A DNA stretch of 64,000 bases from Lentimicrobiaceae bacterium. GTDB taxonomy: Bacteria; Bacteroidota; Bacteroidia; Bacteroidales; JAAYJT01. The translations under genes and the position numbers were made by a program. The notes under the pieces are model-generated. The model saw nothing but the letters and a program-made list of their open reading frames with translations, made no database searches and had not been told where the DNA came from. Of this stretch, positions 27,881 through 37,516 are shown piece after piece. The stretch lies in assembly GCA_037445555.1 (NCBI GenBank), contig JBBIKG010000007.1, forward strand, positions 3,597 to 67,596, given 5' to 3'. Position 1 is the first letter of the stretch. Every line of letters begins with the position of its first letter.

Positions 27881-29416
27881 CTACCCCACAGATATCGAAT
27901 TGATAGCCCCGTCTATTCTCTCCAGGGTTTCTTTTTTGCCTAAATAATGCATAATCTGAAAAAGATCGGGTCCCATTGCTGAACCGACCAGGGCTATGCG
28001 TAAAGGGAGCATTACCGATCCTGGATTCAGGCTTTCTTTTTCCATGGCAGCCTTCACAATACATGATAACGATCCGGCTGAAAAATCTGTGATTCCGCCA
28101 AGCACTTCGGCCAGCCATTGCAATACGCGGGAAGTTTCCGGTTTCCAGCGTTTATTAATCAAGTCGACATCATAACTTGTGGGCTTTTCGAAAAAGAACC
28201 ACAGCTGACCCCATAATTCATGCACAAAGTTTACGCGATCAATCACCAGAGGGATGATAGTAGTTAATTTATTACGGTCAATAAACCCGTTCTCTGGATT
28301 CATTAGCTCGAGGAGCTGATCACACAGCGATTCGGCGGATTGCATCCGGAGGTAGTGCTGGTTAAACCAGCGGGCTTTTTCAACATCAAATTTTGCACCT
28401 GACTTACTCACCCGCTCCAATGAAAATTGATCGATCAGTTCGTTCATGGAAAAACATTCCTGCGCAGTGCCGGGATTCCATCCCAGCAAAGCCAGTATAT
28501 TGACGAATGCTTCCGGATAATAGCCAGATTCCCGGTAGCCGGACGAAATCTCACCGGTTTTAGGATCAACCCAGCGCAGCGGAAATACCGGGAAGCCCAA
28601 CCTGTCGCCGTCACGTTTGCTGAGCTTACCATTACCGTCAGGTCTAAGCAACAGGGGCAGGTGAGCAAACTGAGGCATATCTTTTTCAATACCCAAAAAA
28701 CGATAAAGCAACGCATGCAAGGGAGCAGACGGCAACCATTCCTCGCCCCTAATGACATGTGTGATGCCCATCAGAAAATCATCTACCACATTTGCCAGAT
28801 GATACGTAGGCATGCCGTCCGATTTGAATAACACCTTGTCGTCAAGCAGGTTGCTTTCGACCGCCACATGCCCACGGATAATGTCATTAATTTCAATAAT
28901 TATATCCTGGGGGATTTTGATACGAATTACAAACGGCATTCCGCTGGCGAGCAATTTGCTAACCTCGGATGCAGGAAGTGTGAGCGAGTTACGCATTGAT
29001 TTCCTGGTGAATACATCATATTGAAATGGTTTTCTGGTGCTTCTCTCTGCAGATTTACGCCGTTCCTCTATTTCTTCAGGAGTATCAAAAGCGTAGTATG
29101 CAAACCCGTCATGAACTAGTTTTTCTGCATACTCGAAATAAATATCCTTCCTATCGCTTTGCCGGTAGGGCGCATATGGCCCTCCCACATGTACCCCTTC
29201 GTCAAAAGTAATCCCGCACCATGAAAGCGCTTCAATAATATATCTTTCGGCGCCCTCCACGTAACGTGCCTGGTCAGTGTCTTCGATGCGCAGAATCATG
29301 GTCCCGCCATATTTGCGGGCAAATAAATAGTTATACAATGCAGTCCTCACCCCACCAATATGCAGGGGGCCGGTAGGACTTGGCGCAAAACGGACGCGAA
29401 GAGGTTTGTTTTCCAT
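27881..29416 (-). CDS. gltX: Glutamate--tRNA ligase
   Basis: RVRFAPSPTGPLHIGGVRTALYNY (HIGH region) and KLSKRDG (KMSKS). I chose the ATG at 29416 (MENKPLRVRF) because the track's TTG at 29440 lies inside the predicted -7 promoter box. Confidence 0.93.
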   Translation of the reverse strand: MENKPLRVRFAPSPTGPLHIGGVRTALYNYLFARKYGGTMILRIEDTDQARYVEGAERYIIEALSWCGITFDEGVHVGGPYAPYRQSDRKDIYFEYAEKLVHDGFAYYAFDTPEEIEERRKSAERSTRKPFQYDVFTRKSMRNSLTLPASEVSKLLASGMPFVIRIKIPQDIIIEINDIIRGHVAVESNLLDDKVLFKSDGMPTYHLANVVDDFLMGITHVIRGEEWLPSAPLHALLYRFLGIEKDMPQFAHLPLLLRPDGNGKLSKRDGDRLGFPVFPLRWVDPKTGEISSGYRESGYYPEAFVNILALLGWNPGTAQECFSMNELIDQFSLERVSKSGAKFDVEKARWFNQHYLRMQSAESLCDQLLELMNPENGFIDRNKLTTIIPLVIDRVNFVHELWGQLWFFFEKPTSYDVDLINKRWKPETSRVLQWLAEVLGGITDFSAGSLSCIVKAAMEKESLNPGSVMLPLRIALVGSAMGPDLFQIMHYLGKKETLERIDGAINSISVG

Positions 29417-29437
29417 TGGAATAGTCGTCTTTGACGG

Positions 29438-29445
29438 CAAAGGTA
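29438..29445 (-). promoter_or_regulatory. -7 promoter box TAnnTTTG (TACCTTTG on the - strand) for gltX
   Basis: The reverse complement of CAAAGGTA matches the consensus, 21 nt upstream of the ATG at 29416. Confidence 0.45.
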
Positions 29446-29579
29446 AAAAGAAGTTATATTGCAGCGCTCACCTGTATATAATAAGCTGAAAATCAGCTGA
29501 CAAGGATAGGTGGTTTTATATAACGATCATTACCGGTGAATGTTTCGTAAATTTGAACCCCTTAAAGTTCAGAACGGGC

Positions 29580-31703
29580 ATGAAAAGCAACAATCGTCAG
29601 GATATACCGAGGTACTATCTGATCAGGATTTACCTTTTTTCGGTAATGATATACCTCATGCTGATTTTGCCTGTGATCATGGTTTTGTCGCTTAAAGTTG
29701 CCCCGGCCATCATTGAAAAACGCGGAGGACTACTGATCAGGCCCGGCAGCGATACCATCGAAATTCTTCAAAAAGAGATTAATCTTGACAATGCGGGTAA
29801 AACTCTGAATATTGGTCGCAAGCGACACGGCAGCTATGCTCAGAGCGATCCAATTACTTCGGATGTACACAACAATGTCTCTTCCGGCAATAGCGAACAG
29901 GCTTCACCGGGTAAACCCATGCAGGCACAAAAGCCCTCTGTGTTCGGGCTCACTTTTTCTTTATTGTTTTACCTGGTAATAATATTTACGCCTGTTTTCG
30001 GACTTCTGATCAATGCACCACTAAAACGGTTCTTTAACCGTAAACGTAAGCGCAAGCCTGTGTCAGAACGCCTGTTAAACTATTGCAAACGGTTATTGCT
30101 CTACACACCGTATATCAATTCGGGCATACTGCTATTAGCCATGGCCGTAACTCATGCGGTCATGTTCGTAAAGATGCTTAGTGCGGATAGTTTCGAAGAC
30201 GCCCTCAGCCAGAACCTGTTCAGTCAGTTTTTCTATGTATCACTCGTAGCATCCTTGCTTTTAGTACTGTTTGTATTTTTCTGGCAAAAGCACCGCGTAC
30301 AAATACTGTATCTTGAACACGTTTTCAGCGACGAAGAGTTGTATAACAGAAGAAAGGTCTTTTTCAACGGTAAAATACAAAATCGGCTGCTTGTTTCCAG
30401 CGCCATGACCACGTTGCTGCCCCTGACCATTGTTATTCTTTATGTGATCCTGGGCTTAACCCCAGTTAAGAATCTGGGACCGCTATCCAACGAGCAGGCT
30501 GAAATCATTGTGGGCCCTTATAAAGCACTAATTGCCTCAGCACGTATTGATTCTGCACACCAGTGGGATCAAATGTACTATGTTAATGCCATCGACAACA
30601 TCCTGATGTTTACCGGAATAGCGATGGGAATTCTCGTTGCGCTGATTTACATCGTCTTTTTTGTGCGATGGACTACGGCCAGCATACTCAGGCCGGTTGG
30701 CGAACTTTTGGCAAACATGCGACTTACTTCAGGAATGCAAATTAACAATTACAGCCTGGTGCGGAGCAATGATGAAATAGGCGAGCTGAGCGAAGGTTAC
30801 AACTATATGACAAAACGACTGGTCGATTACATCGACACTATTTCAAGAATGAATGAAGCATACGTGAGGTTTGTTCCTCGAAAGTTCCTTCAGATTCTCG
30901 GGAAAGACACCTTTACCGATGTCCGGCTGGGCGATCAGGTTCAAAAGGAAATGACAATTCTATTCTCCGACATACGAAGCTTTACAGAGCTATCGGAAGA
31001 AATGACGCCAAAGGAAAATTTCGATTTTATTAACCATTATCTGGGTATGATGGAGCCCATTATCGCCCGCCATAATGGTTTTATTGACAAATACATCGGA
31101 GACTCCATTATGGCCCTGTTCGGTGAGTCGGTGGACGATGCGGTAAATGCCGCCATCGAAATGTGCAATGAATTGCGTCGATTCAATGAAGAACGAAAGG
31201 CGATTGCTAAGCCTGCCATTGATGTCGGTATTGGAATCCATACAGGAAAACTGATGCTGGGGGTCATTGGCGGAAAGGGACGCATTGACGGTACGGTGAT
31301 CAGCGACGCGGTCAATCTGGCATCACGAATCGAAGGGCTTACAAAAATCTATGGCGCCAATATCATCGTAAGCGAAGACTCTCTTTTCGGGCTAAAAGAT
31401 AAAGCTGCCTACCATGTAAGATTTCTGGATGTTGCTAAAGTAAAAGGAAAGCGACAGACAGTACACATTTTTGAAGTGTTTCATGGCGACCATGAAGCTG
31501 TAAGGGTTTTGAAACAGGAATCAAAGGAAATATTTTCTGAAGCAGTAGAATATTATATGAAAAATGAATGCGATAAGGCCGCCAGGTTATTTGGAATAGT
31601 TGTTGAAAACAATCCTGCCGACAAAGTAGCACGACTGTATATGGAAAGATGCATATATTATACTGCTCACGGCAGGCAGCCCGAGTGGCAAAATAGTCCA
31701 TAA
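29580..31703 (+). CDS. Membrane-bound class III adenylate/guanylate cyclase with HAMP linker
   Basis: Several N-terminal TM helices, then a HAMP-like segment (ILRPVGELLANMRLTS...NDEIGELSEGYNYMTKRL). The cyclase catalytic domain follows (MTILFSDIRSFTELSE...KYIGDSIMALFG...GIHTGKLMLGVIG...TVISDAVNLASRIEG), then a TPR-like tail. I chose the ATG at 29580; the track TTG is at 29553. Confidence 0.88.
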   Translation: MKSNNRQDIPRYYLIRIYLFSVMIYLMLILPVIMVLSLKVAPAIIEKRGGLLIRPGSDTIEILQKEINLDNAGKTLNIGRKRHGSYAQSDPITSDVHNNVSSGNSEQASPGKPMQAQKPSVFGLTFSLLFYLVIIFTPVFGLLINAPLKRFFNRKRKRKPVSERLLNYCKRLLLYTPYINSGILLLAMAVTHAVMFVKMLSADSFEDALSQNLFSQFFYVSLVASLLLVLFVFFWQKHRVQILYLEHVFSDEELYNRRKVFFNGKIQNRLLVSSAMTTLLPLTIVILYVILGLTPVKNLGPLSNEQAEIIVGPYKALIASARIDSAHQWDQMYYVNAIDNILMFTGIAMGILVALIYIVFFVRWTTASILRPVGELLANMRLTSGMQINNYSLVRSNDEIGELSEGYNYMTKRLVDYIDTISRMNEAYVRFVPRKFLQILGKDTFTDVRLGDQVQKEMTILFSDIRSFTELSEEMTPKENFDFINHYLGMMEPIIARHNGFIDKYIGDSIMALFGESVDDAVNAAIEMCNELRRFNEERKAIAKPAIDVGIGIHTGKLMLGVIGGKGRIDGTVISDAVNLASRIEGLTKIYGANIIVSEDSLFGLKDKAAYHVRFLDVAKVKGKRQTVHIFEVFHGDHEAVRVLKQESKEIFSEAVEYYMKNECDKAARLFGIVVENNPADKVARLYMERCIYYTAHGRQPEWQNSP

Positions 31704-31794
31704 TAAGGCGGAAATCATTTAAAAGCCAAATATGATATTGCCTTAAAAACTATTTACCACGCCGCAACGTTTTACACCTACTAACTGACCTTGA

Positions 31795-34700
31795 ATGTCA
31801 TCAACACCAACATACCAAGTTCTGATATCCAAACTCGACGCTTTCATCCGAAAATATTACCGGCATAGGATGATGAAGGGCCTGATTTATTCCATAGCCA
31901 TCTTGATTGCAGCATTTCTTATGATGACGCTTCTTGAGTACTTTGGACACTACGGCCAAACAATGCGCGCAATCTTATTTTACGGATATATCTTGTCCAC
32001 TTCGCTGGTGATATTTATATTCATACTGGTACCCGGTGCGAAATTGCTAAAGCTGGGAAAAATTATCACACACGAACAGGCAGCAGTTATTATAAGCAGT
32101 CATTTCAGTGAGATTGGCGACCAGCTCATCAACGCGCTGCAACTTGCTGCCATTGGGACGCGTGACGATTGTGACGCACAGTTTTTACAGGCCGCCATTG
32201 AACAAAAAACCCGCAATATTCAGCACATCCCCTTTAATGCAGCCATCGACCCTAAGGAAAACACTCGAAAGCTGCCGCTGGCACTCATACCTGCCGCCAT
32301 CTTGTTACTTCTTTTCATTCTGGCTCCAACCTTTATCAAAGAACCCGCCCGGCGAATCGCACAATACAGCACGCACTTCGAAAAGCCGATGCCTTTTTCG
32401 TTCAATCTGCTCAATGAAAAGCTCGAAGCTATGCAGGGCGATGATATTGAGCTGAAAATTGAAATTCAGGGTAACCAGCTGCCCGCAGAAGTTTATATTA
32501 CCTCGACATCGGGCCCATTGAAGGCATTGAAAAGTTCGATCAACAAATTCTCCTATCGCTTTCGGAATGTGCAAAAATCTTTTGACTTCAAACTGGAAGC
32601 CGGAGGTTACCGAAGTCGTCAGTTTTCTGTAAGTGTCTACCCAAAACCTGTGATTGTCAGCTATACGGTCACACTTGACTACCCAGCATATACCGGACGC
32701 CCAAATGAACAATTGGTGAACACAGGCGACTTTACCGTACCCGAGGGAACAAGAATATTATGGGAATTCAGTGTAAAGGCTTGCGATTCAATCGTTTTTT
32801 CTCAAGCTCCTGAAAATTCAGTGAAAAAGATCCCCGCAAGGAATGAGGTGTTTGCTTTTAATTCAACTGCCCAAAAACCTTTTAGCTATGTTGTTAAACC
32901 TATCAATATACACTCCATAAATGCGGACTCGCTTATTCATTTTGTTGGCGTCATCGCCGACCAGTACCCGGAAATTCAGATCGAAGGCTATGATGATCCA
33001 AACAATACACGAATGAGATATTTTACAGGGATAATCAGAGATGATTATGGTTTTGAAAAGCTGTTGTTCCATTATATCAAACGAAATCTCGATGATCCTG
33101 ACCTTGTGACCGAGAATAATACGATGGAGGTAAAGATCGATAAGAAACTCGCTGCACAAACCTTCTACCATAATGCTGATTTTTCGGATATAGAACTAAA
33201 CCCTGGCGATAGGATCGAGTTTTGGTTTGAAATATGGGACAATGACCAGGTAAATGGCAGTAAGGCAGCGCGGACAGGGGTCGGCATGATTGAAATACCT
33301 GACATTGAGCAGATGGAGCAGATGGCCAATCAGCAACGCGACGATTTAGGAAAAGAGGCCGCCAAGTTATTTGCTGAAATTCAAAAAGTGCAAAACGAAA
33401 TCAATAAGCTTCAGAAAAATATCCTCGAAAAGGAAAGCATCGGGTGGGAGGAAAGCCAACGACTACAAAAATTGCTTGAGAAACAGCAGGAACTGCAGCA
33501 AGCTGTTAATCAGCTGAGCACAGGAAATAAGAAGCTAAACCAGATGCAGCAAGAGTATAGGGCTTATGATGAAGACATTATCCGTAAGCAACTTGACATA
33601 CAAAAGCTTTTTGATGAGATAATGACCGACGATATGAAAAAGATGATCGAGGAGCTTCAGAAAATGCTGCAGGAGATGAACAAGGATAATATGCTCGATG
33701 CGTTACAAAACATGAGAACGAGCAACGAGGAACTTTCGAAAAGCCTTGATCGCTCTCTTGAGCTGTTCAAACAACTGGAACTTGAAAAGATAATTAAAGA
33801 AACGGCCGATAAATTAGGTGAGTTAAGCAAGAACCAAAAGGATGTCTTGCGCGATACGCAGAATAAAGAATCAGAAAATCTGCAACTTATTAACAAACAA
33901 ACCGATATCAATCGCGAATTTGAGAACGTTAAAGAGTCGCTGCAGCAGATGGATCGCAAAAACAATGAGCTCGATGATCCGAACAGCCTCATGGATACAA
34001 AAGGCCATCAGGATAAAATAGATCAGTCGCTTAATGAAAGTCTGAAGCAGCTTCAGAAGAAAAGCCCTTCGCAAGCTGCACCCAATCAGAAAGAAGCCGC
34101 AGATCAGATGGAAAAGCTAGGAGGCGACTTGATGGATATGCTTACGGAGATGCAAAATGAACAGTTGGGCGAGGATATACAAATGTTGAGGAAGCTTTTG
34201 GAAAACCTGGTAGATATTTCATTTGATCAGGAAAATTTAATGAACACTACCCTGAAAACAAATCCGGTTGATCCCAGGTTTGTGGGATTACTGAATATGC
34301 AGAATAAGCTTAAAGAAGACCTGCGTCTTGTGGAGGATTCATTACAGGCACTGGCCAAGCGACAGATAAGTATTGAAACATTCGTTCTGAGTGAGATCGC
34401 ACAAATCAATCTGAATGTACGCGAAGCGATTTCCTCGCTCGAAAACCGGTCACTTAATGTAGCAGCCGCCAAACAGCAATTCGTAATGACATCCGTAAAT
34501 AACCTAGCTTTAATGCTTGCTGAAGCTATGCAAAAGATGAATGATCAGATGGCGTCTAGTAGTGCGGGAAAAGGGGGTTCGTGTCCTCGCCCCGGTATGG
34601 GAGGTAAGGGAAAACCCTCGATGAGCAATATGCGCGATTTGCAGCAACAACTTAACCAGCAGATGCAAAACCTGAAGCAGCAGATGCAGCAAGGTCAGCA

Positions 34701-35142
34701 AAGTCCCGGAGGCCGGCAGATAAGTGAACAGTTCGCTCGAATGGCCGCTCAGCAGGAAGCGCTTCGAAGGCAGCTTCAGAGCTATATGGACGAGTTGAAG
34801 AGCGAAACAGGAAAAGACGATTCGGGGATTAGGGAAACACTAAAGGAAATGGAACGAACCGAACAGGATCTGGTCAACAAACGCCTGTCGAATGAAACAC
34901 TTACGAGACAGCAGCGCATCGAGACACGATTGCTCGAAAGCGAAAAAGCCCTTCTGGAAAGAGAAAAGGAGCAAAGACGAGAATCAACGGAAGCACGCGA
35001 CTATCCACAAAATGCCCCTGACTCGATCCTGGAAATGTTTCGCCAGAAAATGAAGGAACGCGAAATGCTGCGAACCGTTCCTCCACAGTTCAACTCCTAC
35101 TACAGGGGCAAAACAAACGAATACTTCCTTAAACTTCAATAG
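31795..35142 (+). CDS. Large membrane-anchored coiled-coil protein of unknown function, possibly DUF4175-like
   Basis: 1115 aa. Two or three N-terminal TM helices are followed by a beta-rich middle region and about 600 aa of E/K/Q/L-rich heptad sequence, including a Q-rich tract (QQQLNQQMQNLKQQMQQGQQ). The DUF4175 label is from memory of Bacteroidota annotations and is not verifiable here. Confidence 0.75.
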   Translation: MSSTPTYQVLISKLDAFIRKYYRHRMMKGLIYSIAILIAAFLMMTLLEYFGHYGQTMRAILFYGYILSTSLVIFIFILVPGAKLLKLGKIITHEQAAVIISSHFSEIGDQLINALQLAAIGTRDDCDAQFLQAAIEQKTRNIQHIPFNAAIDPKENTRKLPLALIPAAILLLLFILAPTFIKEPARRIAQYSTHFEKPMPFSFNLLNEKLEAMQGDDIELKIEIQGNQLPAEVYITSTSGPLKALKSSINKFSYRFRNVQKSFDFKLEAGGYRSRQFSVSVYPKPVIVSYTVTLDYPAYTGRPNEQLVNTGDFTVPEGTRILWEFSVKACDSIVFSQAPENSVKKIPARNEVFAFNSTAQKPFSYVVKPINIHSINADSLIHFVGVIADQYPEIQIEGYDDPNNTRMRYFTGIIRDDYGFEKLLFHYIKRNLDDPDLVTENNTMEVKIDKKLAAQTFYHNADFSDIELNPGDRIEFWFEIWDNDQVNGSKAARTGVGMIEIPDIEQMEQMANQQRDDLGKEAAKLFAEIQKVQNEINKLQKNILEKESIGWEESQRLQKLLEKQQELQQAVNQLSTGNKKLNQMQQEYRAYDEDIIRKQLDIQKLFDEIMTDDMKKMIEELQKMLQEMNKDNMLDALQNMRTSNEELSKSLDRSLELFKQLELEKIIKETADKLGELSKNQKDVLRDTQNKESENLQLINKQTDINREFENVKESLQQMDRKNNELDDPNSLMDTKGHQDKIDQSLNESLKQLQKKSPSQAAPNQKEAADQMEKLGGDLMDMLTEMQNEQLGEDIQMLRKLLENLVDISFDQENLMNTTLKTNPVDPRFVGLLNMQNKLKEDLRLVEDSLQALAKRQISIETFVLSEIAQINLNVREAISSLENRSLNVAAAKQQFVMTSVNNLALMLAEAMQKMNDQMASSSAGKGGSCPRPGMGGKGKPSMSNMRDLQQQLNQQMQNLKQQMQQGQQSPGGRQISEQFARMAAQQEALRRQLQSYMDELKSETGKDDSGIRETLKEMERTEQDLVNKRLSNETLTRQQRIETRLLESEKALLEREKEQRRESTEARDYPQNAPDSILEMFRQKMKEREMLRTVPPQFNSYYRGKTNEYFLKLQ

Positions 35143-35147
35143 GCAGT

Positions 35148-35576
35148 ATGATTACTTATCAAAGTATTAACATTTCATATCGCCTGAAAAACCGGAGGAA
35201 ACTTTCACAATGGATACGACAGTGTGCAGAAGAGACTAAGATGAGAATTGGAGAGTTGGCTATTGTGCTTTGTGATGACGTTACATTGTTGGAATATAAT
35301 GTTAAATATCTAAAACACAACACATTAACTGATATTATAACGTTTAATTACAATGAAGGTAGCGTGTTGTCAGGGGATATAATCATCAGCCTGGATCGGA
35401 TAAGAGAAAATGCTTACAGGTATGACGTACCAATGGACCTGGAGTTGAAGCGAGTCATTATCCACGGCGTACTACATCTTTTGGGATTTAGGGATAAAAT
35501 AAAGGAGGAGAAGGATCTGATGCGCCGCATGGAAGATGAATATCTGCAGAAGTACGATTTACTGTTTAGGGGGTAA
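35148..35576 (+). CDS. ybeY: rRNA maturation endoribonuclease YbeY
   Basis: 142 aa with the zinc-binding motif [11 protein letters not shown] near the C-terminus. Confidence 0.92.
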   Translation: MITYQSINISYRLKNRRKLSQWIRQCAEETKMRIGELAIVLCDDVTLLEYNVKYLKHNTLTDIITFNYNEGSVLSGDIIISLDRIRENAYRYDVPMDLELKRVIIHGVLHLLGFRDKIKEEKDLMRRMEDEYLQKYDLLFRG

Positions 35577-35594
35577 AGTTTTTGTAAGCCCAGA

Positions 35595-35610
35595 TGTTTC
35601 ACGTGGAACA
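35595..35610. repeat. CACGTG-centred palindrome TGTTTCACGTGGAACA (one mismatch) immediately upstream of mnmG
   Basis: 15 of 16 positions are palindromic. Its centre lies 14.5 nt upstream of the mnmG ATG (35617). Confidence 0.7.
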
Positions 35611-35616
35611 ATTACG

Positions 35617-37488
35617 ATGTTGCAGGAGTATGACATAATTGTGGTAGGAGCAGGGCATGCCGGCTCGGAAGCCGCTGCCGCCGCGGCTACCATGGGCTCC
35701 AAAGTGTTGTTGGTTACCATGAATATGGGCACAATTGCACATATGAGCTGCAATCCGGCAATGGGCGGAATTGCAAAGGGTCAGATTGTTCGAGAAATAG
35801 ATGCGCTCGGGGGATTTTCAGGCATTGTCACCGACCGAACAATGATACAATTCCGGATGCTTAATAAATCAAAAGGGCCTGCCCTGTGGAGTCCCCGTGC
35901 ACAGAATGATCGGGCAAAGTTCTCGGAGGAATGGCGTAAAGTGCTTGAAAATATTCCCTCGCTTCATTTTTGGCAGGATATGGTCACCGGGTTGATCGTA
36001 GAGAGCCAAAAGGTGTGTGGTGTAACTACGGCAATGGGAATTGAAATACGGGCAAAATCAGTTATCCTTACAAATGGCACATTCTTGAATGGTATAATAC
36101 ATATAGGAACAAAAAGCTTCGGGGGGGGGCGTATTGGCGAAAAGGCCGCCATCGGGCTGACCGAAAATCTGAAGAAGCTGGGGTTTGATGCCGCACGAAT
36201 GAAAACCGGAACACCTGTACGTATTGATGGCCGAAGTATCGATTTCGGAAAGCTTGAAGAGCAAAAAGGCGACGCTAATCCCGGGAAGTTTTCATATACA
36301 CACACGCCGCCTCTCACAAAACAGCGAAGTTGTTACATCACGTACACCAATTCGGAGGTTCATGATATATTGCGAACCGGGTTTCATCTTTCGCCGATGT
36401 TTAGTGGGCGTATCGAAGGCATCGGTCCGCGCTACTGCCCCAGTGTGGAAGATAAGATAGAAAGATTTTCGCATCGCGACCGGCATCAGCTCTTCATTGA
36501 GCCTGAAGGGTGGAACACAATCGAATACTATCTGAACGGATTCAGCTCATCCCTTCCCGAAGACATCCAGCTTAAAGCACTTAATAAGATCCATGGACTT
36601 GAAAACGCCAGAATCTTTCGGCCTGGTTATGCAATCGAGTACGATTATTTTCCTCCGACGCAATTAAGATATACCCTCGAAACAAAACTCATTGAAAACC
36701 TATATTTTGCAGGTCAAATAAATGGTACCACCGGGTATGAGGAAGCCGCCGCCCAGGGTTTAATAGCGGGCATAAACGCACACCTTAAGCTCCATGATCA
36801 ACAAGAATTTATTTTGGGCCGTGCCGATGCCTATATAGGTGTGCTGATTGATGATTTGATAACAAAAGGCGTCGACGAACCCTACCGTATGTTTACCTCG
36901 CGCTCTGAATACCGGCTGCTTCTGCGTCAGGATAATGCCGATATGCGATTAACCCGTCGAGGATATGATATAGGCTTGGCTGACATAGAGCGGATGAAGC
37001 ACGTTCAGGAAAAAGATCAGAAAGCCAGCAGCATCATCGCACATCTGAAAAGTAACAACGTAAGCCCGGAAGTTATTAACTCGTTACTGAATATGAAAGA
37101 TACCCAGCCTGTGAGCCAAAAGGTCAGGTTGTCAAATATACTGCTCAGGCCACAGATTGAATTCGTTGAAATGGTGCATCATATTCCTGCGCTTGAAAAA
37201 TTTCTTGCACAGATAGATGCCTTGGACGAAAGCATCATTGAGTCGGTGGGCATAATGATTAAATATGAAGGCTATTTGGTGAAGGAACAGGAGCTGGCCA
37301 CGAAACTTTCGAAATATGAAAACATCCCATTAAAGGAGGATTTTGACTACCAAACGCTGCAATCGGTATCCTACGAGGCACGCGAAAAACTTAACCGCAT
37401 TAAACCGCGCACCATTGGCCAGGCATCCCGCATAAGCGGCGTGTCGCCGGCCGACATCTCGGTGCTGCTTGTTTTCTTAGGCAGGTGA
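35617..37488 (+). CDS. mnmG: tRNA uridine-5-carboxymethylaminomethyl(34) synthesis enzyme MnmG (GidA)
   Basis: [24 protein letters not shown] (FAD-binding), plus [21 protein letters not shown] and [17 protein letters not shown] chose the ATG at 35617; the track start at 35536 overlaps ybeY. Confidence 0.95.
   Translation: MLQEYDIIVVGAGHAGSEAAAAAATMGSKVLLVTMNMGTIAHMSCNPAMGGIAKGQIVREIDALGGFSGIVTDRTMIQFRMLNKSKGPALWSPRAQNDRAKFSEEWRKVLENIPSLHFWQDMVTGLIVESQKVCGVTTAMGIEIRAKSVILTNGTFLNGIIHIGTKSFGGGRIGEKAAIGLTENLKKLGFDAARMKTGTPVRIDGRSIDFGKLEEQKGDANPGKFSYTHTPPLTKQRSCYITYTNSEVHDILRTGFHLSPMFSGRIEGIGPRYCPSVEDKIERFSHRDRHQLFIEPEGWNTIEYYLNGFSSSLPEDIQLKALNKIHGLENARIFRPGYAIEYDYFPPTQLRYTLETKLIENLYFAGQINGTTGYEEAAAQGLIAGINAHLKLHDQQEFILGRADAYIGVLIDDLITKGVDEPYRMFTSRSEYRLLLRQDNADMRLTRRGYDIGLADIERMKHVQEKDQKASSIIAHLKSNNVSPEVINSLLNMKDTQPVSQKVRLSNILLRPQIEFVEMVHHIPALEKFLAQIDALDESIIESVGIMIKYEGYLVKEQELATKLSKYENIPLKEDFDYQTLQSVSYEAREKLNRIKPRTIGQASRISGVSPADISVLLVFLGR
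36121..36129 (+). repeat. G9 homopolymer tract inside mnmG (codons GGG GGG GGG)
   Basis: Nine consecutive G residues, in frame, encode the GGG of ...[11 protein letters not shown].... Confidence 0.9.
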
Positions 37489-37493
37489 TAACA

Positions 37494-37511
37494 TTGTTTC
37501 ACGTGAAACAA
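37494..37511. repeat. Perfect 18-bp palindrome TTGTTTCACGTGAAACAA between mnmG and the methyltransferase gene
   Basis: It is its own reverse complement. Its centre lies 14.5 nt upstream of the ATG at 37517, the same spacing as the copy at 35595. Confidence 0.85.
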
Positions 37512-37516
37512 AACCC

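Noticed and set aside
33300-35000. Possible DNA-level tandem repeats in the Q/E/K-rich part of the 1115-aa ORF
   Set aside because: The repetitiveness is compositional (coiled-coil heptads, CAG/CAA/GAA/AAA codons). I could not find a fixed-period nucleotide repeat unit.
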